Positions 26,971 through 38,184 of a stretch of 64,000 nt of DNA are shown here, one piece after another. The DNA lies in assembly GCA_964016885.1 (NCBI GenBank), contig OZ024757.1, positions 1,240,001 through 1,304,000 on the forward strand, read 5' to 3'. The stretch comes from Eledone cirrhosa. Lineage: Eukaryota. Under the pieces are notes generated by a model. It did no database searches and had not been told where the DNA came from. It saw only the letters and a list, made by a program, of their open reading frames with translations. Both the position numbers and the translations under genes were made by a program. Every line of letters starts with the position of its first letter. Position 1 is the stretch's first letter.

Positions 26971-27029
26971 GTGAGGAAATAATAAGTATTTATTTATTTA
27001 TGTCCAGTGTTTCTTCTTTCTTTTTAATG

Positions 27030-27086
<57 letters not shown>

Positions 27087-27096
27087 AACCAGTAAG

Positions 27097-27190
27097 ACCC
27101 CGACAGCTGAGCTCAAGCCGTTTCGACGGCTAATTCTGGACTAAATGAAAATTTATCCTGGTATTTAAATAGCCGATCTTCTCAAGGGGT
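27097..27190 (-). ncRNA. Hammerhead, U3:A8 variant, GUC triplet (inverted arm)
   Basis: Minus strand ACCCC-UUGAGAA-GAUCGGCUA...UAGCCGUC-GAAA-CGGCUUGAGCUCAGCUG-UC-GGGGU. Confidence 0.82.
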
Positions 27191-28393
27191 AATTCCATAT
27201 ATGGTCAAAGTGATTGTCAAAAATCAGTAGTAATTCTGTGGTTGCAAATTAGTAGGGGAGATGGTGGCTAAACCTGCTAGTAGGAGAAAGAGGGGAGGGG
27301 GTGGAGTAGACCCAATCAAGCGTTGGTAGTGCCAGCTACAGCTGGGCATGAGGTCATAGAAGACACAGGGGAGGGGGAGGGGGAGGAAGTCGGAACGGTA
27401 GGTAGAACAATGGGGGGTAGAAATATATAGGAAAGAAAAAATACTGAGAGTGAAGAAAAGCAAATAAGTGTAAAGAAAAAAGTAAAGTGAATTAAATTCT
27501 ACGACATAGGTCTCTAGCTATTGTTAGGCTAGAATAAATAAATAAAGAAAGAAAGAAAGAAAGAAGTAAAGAAAGAAATAAAGAAATAACGAAATAAGTA
27601 AAAGAACTAGGTGGGACGGAATAGGCAAGGACCCTTTTAAGAGGTATAAGTACGTAAATGATACGGTGACGGGTCAACAAAAGGGGCCAAAATACTAAAG
27701 AGACTACCACGAAATAAACAATAAAGGTTTCCATCCCGGGCACAATGCCAGCAACCACCCAGTGCAGCAAAGTGAACTAGTACGAGATAATAATTCTGAG
27801 TCCCGAGAAAAATATATACTAATGCTAACTCTAAAAGATCTAAAACAAGCTACATGAAAGTTCGTACGAAGTAAAGGTAGAATACGGAAAAATAAATTCA
27901 GAATCCACCCCGCCCAAAAGAAAAGCGAAGAAAGAAATACTGAAACGAAAAAATAAGGCATAAGTGCCACTAAGAAATATAGAGGGCACAGAGAATAGTG
28001 GGAGCGGTCGGAAAAAGGGGACAAGTATCCGGGGTCTAAACCAACTGCTATAAAGGGCGGAGTCCGCCAAATCTATCATAGACTAGGGGAGGGGGTGGGG
28101 GTACTAAGGCTACAAGGGGCCAAAGGGCAGCCTCGGGTGGGCGAGAAAAGACGCCGACAAAGGAGAAGAGCTGGGGTAGAAGGACTAAGGAGAGAGGGGG
28201 GAAGGAAATAAAGGAAGCGATAAAAGAATACAAAGAAGATCTTACGTCTGCCCTGGCAAGCAGGGGTTACCCATTGCAAAATCGGCAAGTGGGGTGTTAT
28301 AGCCCTGGTCTACCCCCCCCCCCCTGGTCATTATGGGGTTTGAGGGCGAGGTAAGTCCTACGCAATCTATGTTTACATGCAGTAACCAGCACC

Positions 28394-30556
28394 ATGCGAA
28401 AACACAACATTGACTTCTCTACCAAGAACATCCCAATCCCACCGAAAAAACTTTACCTTCGGATGCTCACGCAAAAAATCGATCTATTTGCGAAAAGACT
28501 TAGATGGAGAACTTTTTTCTATGACAGATATTGCGACAACCAAGACTTCGGCACCAAGGAGAGATTCGGATTTATTACCTACAAATCTCCGCCCCTGAAC
28601 CCCTTGCTCGCACCCTTCGAGAATGACCTCTTCCAACTGGTCAAGAACATTAAATTTAAACCCAGACACAACCGATTCCTACAAAAACTCCGTAGCAACT
28701 TAACAGAGTATGATAACACAAATGACATCATGGTGCATTCGGATAAAACTGGGAACCTATACTTTGTCAACCCTGACAGATACCACACACTGATCAGGAG
28801 CAGCCTAAACTCCACCTATAAAAAGGCCAACCACTCTTGCATCGAGGACATAAATCGAGATGGACAACAAATCACCTCCAGCCTCGGGGTCGCCGACCGC
28901 ACGGAACCTCTAGACCCACAGACACCATACTTCACACTGAAGGACCATAAATCCGATTTTGACCGTAAACCCTCTATCAGGCTTATTAACCCAACGAAGT
29001 CCGACATAGGGAGAATCAGCAAAAAAATCCTAGACCGCGTGATACCAAAAGTCAAGCAACACACCCGACTTAGCCTATGGATCAACACCCAGGAAGTAAT
29101 CTCCTGGTTCAGCAATATGGAGGATAAACGAGAAACTAAATTCATACAGTTCGACATAGAGAGCTACTATGCTTCAATCACCTTACCGCTACTTACTGCC
29201 GCCTTGGACTTCGCCGAAACACTTGTGCCCATCACCGACCAGGAAAGAAAAATCATCCTCCACGCCAGGAAGACAGTCTTACTCTTTGACGACTCTAAAT
29301 GGATAAAAAGAGCTCCCGACTCACCCTTCGACGTCAGCATGGGCGCCACGGATTCGGCGGAGGTCACAGATCTTATAGGATTATTCCTAATAGCCAAACT
29401 CACTGATATGTTTCCTGCATTCGGTGGTGGATTGTACCGTGATGATGGGCTCCTTACCCTTAAAGGGTACAACCCCAGTAGTACAGATCGGGTCCGGAAA
29501 CAATTAATCAGATTCTTCCGCGACTGGGGATTTAAAATAACCCTACAAACGTCCCTGACCCGAGTAAACTTCCTGGACGTGACCCTTGACTTCGAAAACG
29601 ACCTGTACTACCCATACAGGAAACCTAATGACAATCTGCACTACATCCACCGCCGATCAAACCATCCTAGGAACATCACAAACAACCTGGTCAAAAACAT
29701 CTCCCTCCGCATATCCCGTTTGTCAGCTAATGAGCGGATATTCGATAAACATGCGCCTTATTACAACCAGGCCCTCAAGCGGAGTGGTTTCCGGGAGGAA
29801 ATATCCTACTGTCCAGCTCCCATTAGCGGAACCAGCAGGAGACACCGCCGCTCACGCAATGTAACATGGTTCAATCCTCCCCACAACGCAGAGGTGACAA
29901 CTCCCATCGGGAAACTATTCTTTAGGCTCATTGAAAAACACTTCCCATTACAACACCGCTACCACAACATAATTAACAAAAATACCATCAAACTCTCTTA
30001 CAGCACTACACCAAACTTCGCACAAAACATCGTCTCCTCTAACAACAAAAAACTCAACCCCGATGGCAGAAATAACCTAAATAGCAGTGGAGAACCGACC
30101 AGGAGGTGTAACTGCCCGGATAGATCTATTTGCCCACTCGACAATGGATGCAGAGACCGTAATGTGATCTACCAGTGCAACGTGAAGACGGATACCTCCA
30201 ACAAAGCCTATATAGGACTTACCGCATGTGACTTCAAGACCCGGCTATACCAACATAGACATACCTTCCGAAACCCGGCCCGGCGTCACGCCACTACACT
30301 TTCGGGCCACATATGGGACCTCAAGGACAACAACATCACCTATGATCTCACTTGGAGATTACTGTCCAGAGCCAATTCTTACACGGGAGGACGCCGTCCG
30401 TGCAATTTATGCTCGGAGGAAACTTTACAAATGCTGTTTTCGACGGACCAACTCCTAAACAAGAAAGATGAACTGGTTACTGCATGTAAACATAGATTGC
30501 GTAGGACTTACCTCGCCCTCAAACCCCATAATGACCAGGGGGGGGGGGGGGGGTAG
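28394..30556 (+). CDS. PLE polyprotein, 720 aa: reverse transcriptase plus C-terminal GIY-YIG endonuclease (Naiad-like)
   Basis: FSTKNIPIP start, SDKTGN, RLINPTKSDIG, FDIESYY, VSMGATDSAEV, LYRDD, NFLDV, WFNPP, CNCPDRSICPLDNGC, VIYQC..AYIG, CNLC.EE. ATG in CACCATG context. Confidence 0.93.
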   Translation: MRKHNIDFSTKNIPIPPKKLYLRMLTQKIDLFAKRLRWRTFFYDRYCDNQDFGTKERFGFITYKSPPLNPLLAPFENDLFQLVKNIKFKPRHNRFLQKLRSNLTEYDNTNDIMVHSDKTGNLYFVNPDRYHTLIRSSLNSTYKKANHSCIEDINRDGQQITSSLGVADRTEPLDPQTPYFTLKDHKSDFDRKPSIRLINPTKSDIGRISKKILDRVIPKVKQHTRLSLWINTQEVISWFSNMEDKRETKFIQFDIESYYASITLPLLTAALDFAETLVPITDQERKIILHARKTVLLFDDSKWIKRAPDSPFDVSMGATDSAEVTDLIGLFLIAKLTDMFPAFGGGLYRDDGLLTLKGYNPSSTDRVRKQLIRFFRDWGFKITLQTSLTRVNFLDVTLDFENDLYYPYRKPNDNLHYIHRRSNHPRNITNNLVKNISLRISRLSANERIFDKHAPYYNQALKRSGFREEISYCPAPISGTSRRHRRSRNVTWFNPPHNAEVTTPIGKLFFRLIEKHFPLQHRYHNIINKNTIKLSYSTTPNFAQNIVSSNNKKLNPDGRNNLNSSGEPTRRCNCPDRSICPLDNGCRDRNVIYQCNVKTDTSNKAYIGLTACDFKTRLYQHRHTFRNPARRHATTLSGHIWDLKDNNITYDLTWRLLSRANSYTGGRRPCNLCSEETLQMLFSTDQLLNKKDELVTACKHRLRRTYLALKPHNDQGGGGG

Positions 30557-31666
30557 ACCAGGGCTATAACACCCCACTTGCCGATTTTGCAATGGGTAAC
30601 CCCTGCTTGCCAGGGCAGACGTAAGATCTTCTTTGTATTCTTTTATCGCTTCCTTTATTTCCTTCCCCCCTCTCTCCTTAGTCCTTCTACCCCAGCTCTT
30701 CTCCTTTGTCGGCGTCTTTTCTCGCCCACCCGAGGCTGCCCTTTGGCCCCTTGTAGCCTTAGTACCCCCACCCCCTCCCCTAGTCTATGATAGATTTGGC
30801 GGACTCCGCCCTTTATAGCAGTTGGTTTAGACCCCGGATACTTGTCCCCTTTTTCCGACCGCTCCCACTATTCTCTGTGCCCTCTATATTTCTTAGTGGC
30901 ACTTATGCCTTATTTTTTCGTTTCAGTATTTCTTTCTTCGCTTTTCTTTTGGGCGGGGTGGATTCTGAATTTATTTTTCCGTATTCTACCTTTACTTCGT
31001 ACGAACTTTCATGTAGCTTGTTTTAGATCTTTTAGAGTTAGCATTAGTATATATTTTTCTCGGGACTCAGAATTATTATCTCGTACTAGTTCACTTTGCT
31101 GCACTGGGTGGTTGCTGGCATTGTGCCCGGGATGGAAACCTTTATTGTTTATTTCGTGGTAGTCTCTTTAGTATTTTGGCCCCTTTTGTTGACCCGTCAC
31201 CGTATCATTTACGTACTTATACCTCTTAAAAGGGTCCTTGCCTATTCCGTCCCACCTAGTTCTTTTACTTATTTCGTTATTTCTTTATTTCTTTCTTTAC
31301 TTCTTTCTTTCTTTCTTTCTTTATTTATTTATTCTAGCCTAACAATAGCTAGAGACCTATGTCGTAGAATTTAATTCACTTTACTTTTTTCTTTACACTT
31401 ATTTGCTTTTCTTCACTCTCAGTATTTTTTCTTTCCTATATATTTCTACCCCCCATTGTTCTACCTACCGTTCCGACTCCCCCCCCCCCTGTATCTTCTT
31501 TGACCTCATGCCCAGCTGTAGCTGGCACTACCAACGCTTGATTGGGTCTACTCCACCCCCTCCCCTCTTTCTCCTACTGGCAGGTTTAGCCACCATCTCC
31601 CCTACTAATTTGCAACCACAGAATTACTACTGATTTTTGACAATCACTTTGACCATATATGGAATT

Positions 31667-31760
31667 ACCCCTTGAGAAGATCGGCTATTTAAATACCAGG
31701 ATAAATTTTCATTTAGTCCAGAATTAGCCGTCGAAACGGCTTGAGCTCAGCTGTTGGGGT
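31667..31760 (+). ncRNA. Hammerhead, U3:A8 variant, GUU triplet (3' pLTR)
   Basis: ACCCC-UUGAGAA-GAUCGGCUA...UAGCCGUC-GAAA-CGGCUUGAGCUCAGCUG-UU-GGGGU. Confidence 0.8.
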
Positions 31761-31850
31761 CTTACTGGTTCCTATTACCCACTCTACTACCTCAAGTATT
31801 GAGTACTTTGGTGCGTTATGGTCCACCTGGTTCCTTACCACATTTCCTTC

Positions 31851-31892
<42 letters not shown>

Positions 31893-31899
31893 TACATAC

Positions 31900-32295
31900 A
31901 TGATGTCTGCAAACTTTGATAAGCGTATTGCAATCGCTTGTCAGATTCAGATGTGTGACGCTCGGATATGGCTTTTCAAGCCTGCCAGAGACTTGCACTC
32001 CTTCGCACAGACGACAACAATGGATCTCCCTGGCCTCAAGTTTTGCATCAGGTTGCCCGTGAACCCTCACAACACTGTGGAGATCATAGTTCACTGGTAC
32101 TCTCTGAACATGGCTGCGACTGTGGCTCCTGAGACCAGATTTTCCCCTGCAAATCTTTCCACACTCAGGGCACACCAATTCAATGGAGACACCGATCATT
32201 TCAAGAGATACAGCAGAGCATTGTGGCTGTGAAAGCCTAAAAGTGCACCATTTTCTGTAATTTGACAGGCGATTGCAAAACTCTTAACAGCCATC
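31900..32295 (-). pseudogene. Probable LINE 3' end (RTE/BovB-like) with a terminal C2H2 finger
   Basis: LVCPECGKICRGKSGLRSHSRSH, isolated between (TA)n tracts. Confidence 0.55.
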
Positions 32296-32314
32296 ATATA
32301 TATATATATAAACA

Positions 32315-32364
<50 letters not shown>

Positions 32365-32367
<3 letters not shown>

Positions 32368-32700
32368 TGGAATAGAATGAAACGAAATTTCATTTCTCAC
32401 TCTTAATACGGCACTTACTTAAATGTAAGTATGTATGTATGTATACGTACATACATATATGTATACAGACGTACATTAGTATGTTTATATATACATACAT
32501 GCACACATATATATATGCACGTATCGGTTTACCGAACATTTATTGTAATGCTCGGCTGTTTACAAACAGACCGAGCATTATAATAAATGTTCGGTAAACC
32601 GATACGTGCATATATATATGTGTGCATGTATGTATATATATACATACTAATGTACGTCTGTATACATATATGTATGTACGTATACATACATACATACTTA
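32365..32700. mobile_element. Fold-back element; relative at 52505-53030 has an internal 60-bp tandem
   Basis: Hairpin centred near 32562 (TCGGTTTACCGAACATTTATT / AATAAATGTTCGGTAAACCGA). GAATAGAATGAAACGAAATTTCATTTCTCAC recurs inverted at 52828-52858. Confidence 0.8.
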
Positions 32701-32707
32701 TATATAT

Positions 32708-32762
<55 letters not shown>

Positions 32763-33818
32763 AATGTAGAAAAGTAACACATGAGTTGCTATATATAAAA
32801 ACAAATAGTAGAGAAGAAAAAGATTGTTTCAGTAGAAAATGCTGAAGAGATTCTTTCAGTGTAATATCAAAACATTTATTTATGACATCTGGCTGCTATT
32901 TCTATTTATCTCAGTCGGTGTCAACAACGACGATATGACAACAATTCTTCTATCGTCACTTCAACCACACTCAGTCTCTAACTCTTGATACAGACAGCTT
33001 CCTTGCCACTATGGATTTACTACTACCTGTGCTGAGGTATTGGGGTGTTAGTAGGGCATATTTAAGCCGAGTGGAGCCCACCCCTCCGCGGGTTTGAAAC
33101 ACAGCAGGTTTCTACCAGAGAATGATAGAAAGTGAGAGAAAGGAAGTGAGAAAGAGATATAGAGGAAGAATCGACACCAGTATTAGACTGGTACTTTTTA
33201 TTGACCTCGGCCTGATTTGAACTCAGCGAGTAGAGAGCCAGAACGAATACTACAAAGCATTCTATCTGACGTTCTAACGACTCCACCAGTTAGCCGCCTG
33301 TTTAATAAATACTGCTGTGGCTGCTGCTGTTGCTGCAAAAGTATGGAAGGGGGGTCTAATAAGCAAGTTTTGGGAAAATATTAGTCACCATATGGTTCTG
33401 TCGCGTGTTTCAGAGCCTGGGCTTATGTGGCCATAAATTAATGCAAGTGCAACCATTAATAATATGCAAGGGCCCGCTTGCAAGTTTAATCTACCTCTGG
33501 TAACAAGATACAAACCAGGTTTAGTAGGCTGCTTCACAGAATCTCGGCTTGGGTTGGGGTTAGGCTTCAAGACATTCGGTTGACGTAATATGTTTTCAAA
33601 CTAATTAAGCTATTTGTTTACATGGCCCATATTTAATATATATCATATATTTATGTGTGTATATATATGTGTATGTGTGTGTATATATGTGTGTATATAT
33701 ATATATATGTATATATATATGTATATATATATATATGGGTGGGGAAGCACGGGCATGTGAATAGGTGGATACATGTATGTATGCCTATAACATGGACACA
33801 ACTTTATATTCATGCATA

Positions 33819-33883
<65 letters not shown>

Positions 33884-34338
33884 GTATATGTATATATATA
33901 TGTATATATATATATATGTATATATATGTATAAATATATATGTATAAACAATTAAGTTAAAAATGTACATCTACATATGCATACTGAAATACTAGTGTGC
34001 ATATGAATACACACACGTATACAACCAGTAAAGCAACCAGTGAAGGACTTGTTACATCTGCATATGTATACGTGTGTGTATTCATATGCACACTAGTATT
34101 TCAGTATGCATATGTAGATGTACATTTTTAACTTAATTGTTTAAGCGTCAGTCATACAAAAGTGAGTTACAAACGAAGCGAAATTTAATTTCGTTTCGTT
34201 ATTTGTTTTTATCGTCTCCGCTGAACCGGTGCGTACTCACACTCTATGCAAATTAGTCTGCCCACTACTAATTTTCATAGAAAAAGCATATAACGATATG
34301 TGCTTTTACAATTCTCCAGAAGGGCCGGTAGATAGGTA

Positions 34339-34383
34339 AATATTGCTGATGAGTTGTAACAACAACGAAACTAGTTCAATATT
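34339..34383 (+). ncRNA. Canonical minimal hammerhead ribozyme
   Basis: AAUAUUG-CUGAUGA-GUUGU[AACA]ACAAC-GAAA-CUAG-UU-CAAUAUU: 7-bp stem I, 5-bp stem II, ACUAGU palindrome. Confidence 0.9.
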
Positions 34384-34805
34384 CCTTGTCTGGCTTTCTG
34401 GAGAATAGAGGGAAGGTGTTCCCTCGAAAACCAGTATGACTCTAAAAACCGGTTTGTCTGTGTGTTTACATACAAAATAGCTGGGTTGCTCACAGTAAAG
34501 CAACCAGTGAAGGACTTGTTACATCTACATATGTATACGTGTGTGTATTCATATGCACACTAGTATTTCAGTATGCATATGTAGATGTACATTTTTAACT
34601 TAATTGTTTAAGCGTCAGTCATACAAAAGTGAGTTACAAACGAAGCGAAATTTAATTTCGTTTCGTTATTTGTTTTTATCGTCTCCGCTGAACCGGTGCG
34701 TACTCACACTCTATGCAAATTAGTCTGCCCACTACTAATTTTCATAGAAAAAGCATATAACGATATGTGCTTTTACAATTCTCCAGAAGGGCCGGTAGAT
34801 AGGTA

Positions 34806-34850
34806 AATATTGCTGATGAGTTGTAACAACAACGAAACTAGTTCAATATT
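34806..34850 (+). ncRNA. Canonical minimal hammerhead ribozyme (second unit)
   Basis: Identical to 34339-34383, 467 nt downstream. Confidence 0.9.
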
Positions 34851-35170
34851 CCTTGTCTGGCTTTCTGGAGAATAGAGGGAAGGTGTTCCCTCGAAAACCA
34901 GTATGACTCTAAAAACCGGTTTGTCTGTGTGTTTACATACAAAATAGCTGGGTTGCTCACAGTAAAGCAACCAGTGAAGGACTTGTTACATCTACATATG
35001 TATACGTGTGTGTATTCATATGCACACTAGTATTTCAGTATGCATATGTAGATGTACATTTTTAACTTAATTGTTTAAGCGTCAGTCATACAAAAGTGAG
35101 TTACAAACGAAACGAAATTTAATTTCGTTTCGTTATTTGTTTTTATATATGTATATTTATATATGTATAT

Positions 35171-35228
<58 letters not shown>

Positions 35229-35499
35229 ATATATTTATATATATATGTATAAGCATGTATATACACATAAGTACACTCACACACACACACACATATGTGT
35301 GTGTGTGTGTGTGTGTATGTATACATGTTTATGTGGTGTGTATATTGGGCATATATATATAATAAGTAGGCTAGCGCATCAGACGAAATGTTTTGTAGAC
35401 TGTTGACACTCTGGCTTGAGATCTCCCAGTCGGGAGTTCAAACCCTGCAAACTTTACTTCATAAGTTAAAGTTTCTAAAGTAGATTGTTTGTTGACCAA

Positions 35500-36045
35500 C
35501 AGACAGCTGGTGAAGTTAACGTACGGCTGAGTAATTCACAAACACGTGTAGCCGTAATGTAGTTGTCACTGTGTGTAACAGGACCTGGAGTCTGTTATTA
35601 ATTACGGGTACAACTTGTAGTTATTTTACCTGCTGAGTTGACTAAGTGTCTTGCTCAAGGACACAGTGAACTGGAGCAATGTGAAATAAAGTGTCTTGTT
35701 CAAGGACACAGTGGACTGGAACAATGTGAAATAAAGTGTCTTGCTTAAGGACACAGTGGACTGGAGCAATGTGAAATAAAGTGTCTTGTTCAAGGACACA
35801 GTGGACTGGAGCAACGTGAAATAAAGTGTCTTGTTCAAGGACACAATGGACTGGAGCAATGTGAAATAAAGTGTCTTGTTCAAGGACACAATGGACTGGA
35901 GCAATGTGAAATAAAGTGTCTTGTTCAAGGACACAATGGACTGGAGCAATGTGAAATAAAGTGTCTTGTTCAAGGACAAAACACATAACTGGAAATTGAA
36001 ACCACGATTTTAAGAACGTGAGTGAAACATTCTAACACTTTCCCA
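35500..36045 (-). mobile_element. CORE-like SINE whose core is amplified in situ to about 7.5 x 45-bp units (35643-35978)
   Basis: Degenerate tRNA head at 35985-36045, units matching the 1-6262 satellite, tail downstream. Confidence 0.82.
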
Positions 36046-36985
36046 CAAGGTGGGGTGGACTTCGCTAATGGAAGTCAAGGGCCATGTGATAGCGGTCAGC
36101 TCTGCTTCTAATTCATTTCAATGAAATTTCCCAACCACCTGTACATAGTCATATGTTCAACAATCCGTGCACAAACACTTACGTTGTTGTTTTGTGAGGT
36201 TTCGTTTTCAACAAGATTATGGGTGTAACGAATATATAATTACTAACTGCGTTCATCTTTACGCACATTAATTTTCCTTGTGCACTTTGTACAAAGTTTG
36301 CGTGCACTTTCACGTGATTCTCTTATTTTGATCTGGGAGACTAAAAAGCTCGCGGACCTGTCAATGCTGCCCAGACAATCTTCACCGCCTCTTTACTAAT
36401 ATATAAAACAAAACATTACAATGGCCTCTCATTTAAGCAGAAGATCAATTTGGGGGAGGGGAAGGGCGATTAAATCGACCCCAGTGCGTTACTGGTACTT
36501 TATTTTATCGAAACTGTAAGGATAAAAGGCGAAGCTACCCTCGACTGGATTTAAACTCAGAACGTAAAGGGCCGTAACTATATGCCGCAATGTATGTCAT
36601 CTGACGCTCTACCACCGCCCTACGGTACATAATAAGATGGCCTGTACTTATGATTCAAAGTACCAGGCTTGTGGCACACGCAACTTCAACTTGAATCTCC
36701 CTGAGAATTAGGGTTCACGTGTCTATGAAATACTCACCTACTTGTATGTTAATTTTTACGCTGAATCTCCCTGAGAATTACGTTAAAGTTACATGTGTCT
36801 GTGGAATAGATAGACATTTGTACCTTAATTTTCGACTGAATCTCTGGTGTCCTTGGGCCCCGCACTGTCTGACTTGGAGACCTTCTCCAAGGTTGCCTTT
36901 TTAGATTGATATTAATGATAAATTATATATATAAATAGTATAAAGAAAACGAAAAATCAGTGATACATCTGGACTCAATTCATTG

Positions 36986-37075
36986 CGTGTTACAATTGTT
37001 TCGCCGGCAGGCAGCTCGAGACACGGTCCCTGCATGGATCTGGTCGACTCCACCCCTGCGGGCCCCCCAGACACG
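36986..37075 (-). ncRNA. Degenerate hammerhead (core CUGGGGG)
   Basis: Minus strand CGUGU-CUGGGGG-GCCCGCAGG...CCUGCCGGC-GAAA-CAAUUG-UA-ACACG. Confidence 0.55.
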
Positions 37076-37446
37076 GAGCAAACCCTATCACTCATTTTTC
37101 GTTTTCTTTATACTATCTACACTCTACTCTGCTAATTTTGGCATACCGCCTATGGAAGCACCATAGCTACCATTATACACAACTATATATATATATTAAA
37201 ACAGCAGAGGTCCGACGGACTTTTGATTCTAGAGTCAGGCCAGATCGATACGGAACAAACCTTGAGCTGATCAATAGCGAAACGCGCGTCACCAATCAAT
37301 AAACGTAATGAAGGCTTAACAAATCGTCCTTGTCTTATTAAATTTACATTCTGTTTAGCTCTACACCTCGCTACTGATGTGTACCTGAACATCGAGTGCT
37401 CACCTGGGTGAACTTAGAGTAACTTACATTATACTCCCTGGAGATA

Positions 37447-37489
<43 letters not shown>

Positions 37490-37529
37490 ACAGGTGGCTG
37501 GAATGGTGTAATTTCTTAAAATTTCTTAA

Positions 37530-37589
37530 AATACGATGAACATTTCAAAGACCAGGTTCAGTATGAATCCGGTGACATCATCAGGTATT
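37530..37589 (-). ncRNA. Hammerhead motif with a decayed stem II base
   Basis: Minus strand AAUAC-CUGAUGA-UGUCACCGGAUUCA[UAC]UGAACCUGGUCUUU-GAAA-UGUUCA-UC-GUAUU. Confidence 0.6.
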
Positions 37590-37761
37590 CCGAAATTTAA
37601 CAACGGAATATAATAGACGCAATCCATGGGGCTGAAAAAGCAGAAAGACGAGAAGGCAGCCAAAAATTAGCAGTTGCCAGTCCGGTGTTCTCCCTAATAT
37701 TACATCAATGTTGACTATACGGTATGACCAGTTCTATCCAGTGGTTAACCAACAAACCTAA

Positions 37762-37884
<123 letters not shown>

Positions 37885-37980
37885 ACGTCCAGTTGTCGTA
37901 GATTCACCAAAGTGGGCACTTGATGCGTATTTGCCAGTAAGTATAGAGGTGTAGTACAAAGCAGAGTGTAATAATAATAA

Positions 37981-38164
37981 TTGTTTCTACTTTAGGCACA
38001 AGGCCAGCAATTACCCAGTGCATTACTGGTACTTTATTTTATCGACCCCGTAAGGATGAAAGGCAAAGTCAACCTCGGCGGGATTTGAACTCAGATCGTA
38101 AAGGGACGTAACTATGCTGGAAAGCATGGCGTCCGACCCTCTACCGATACTGCCAATCCACCGT
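37981..38164 (-). mobile_element. tRNA-derived SINE with GCCTTTCATCC...GGGGTCGATAAAATAAAGTACCAG (Meta-domain-like) core and (TTA)n tail; 19-bp TSD
   Basis: B box GAGTTCAAATCC. AGAGTGTAATAATAATAAT at 37963-37981 and 38166-38184. Other copies: 36478-36620, 42140-42210, 42227-42411, 49186-49360 (+), 49407-49590, 59095-59185 (+), 33175-33300. Confidence 0.88.
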
Positions 38165-38184
38165 TAGAGTGTAATAATAATAAT

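Larger units (their letters stand above)
26134..27035. mobile_element. Non-coding HHR element: 583-nt monomer with terminal redundancy plus an inverted partial copy
   Basis: ACAATAATGAGAAATACACAGAT at 26134 and 26717. Arms 26311-26587 / 26758-27033 are inverted. Relatives at 12523-12762 and 21020-21585. Confidence 0.82.
27082..31855 (+). mobile_element. Naiad-type Penelope-like element with a 1.3-kb inverted 5' copy (27082-28389 = reverse complement of 30473-31775)
   Basis: Mirror-image ORF calls on both arms, intact central ORF, (TA)n flanks. Confidence 0.93.
33946..35146 (+). mobile_element. Non-LTR retrozyme-like array: 2.4 tandem copies of a 467-bp non-coding unit plus a 77-bp inverted 5' piece
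   Basis: Units start at 34026, 34493 and 34960. 33946-34022 is the reverse complement of about 34066-34142. (TA)n flanks; one hammerhead per complete unit. Confidence 0.9.

Noticed and set aside
28394-31855. Selenoprotein Naiad
   Set aside because: The ORF has no in-frame UGA and no convincing SECIS was identified by eye.
32915-33036. Possible host exon (acceptor TCTCAG, donor GAG/GTATTG)
   Set aside because: There are stops in all three frames and no supporting context.
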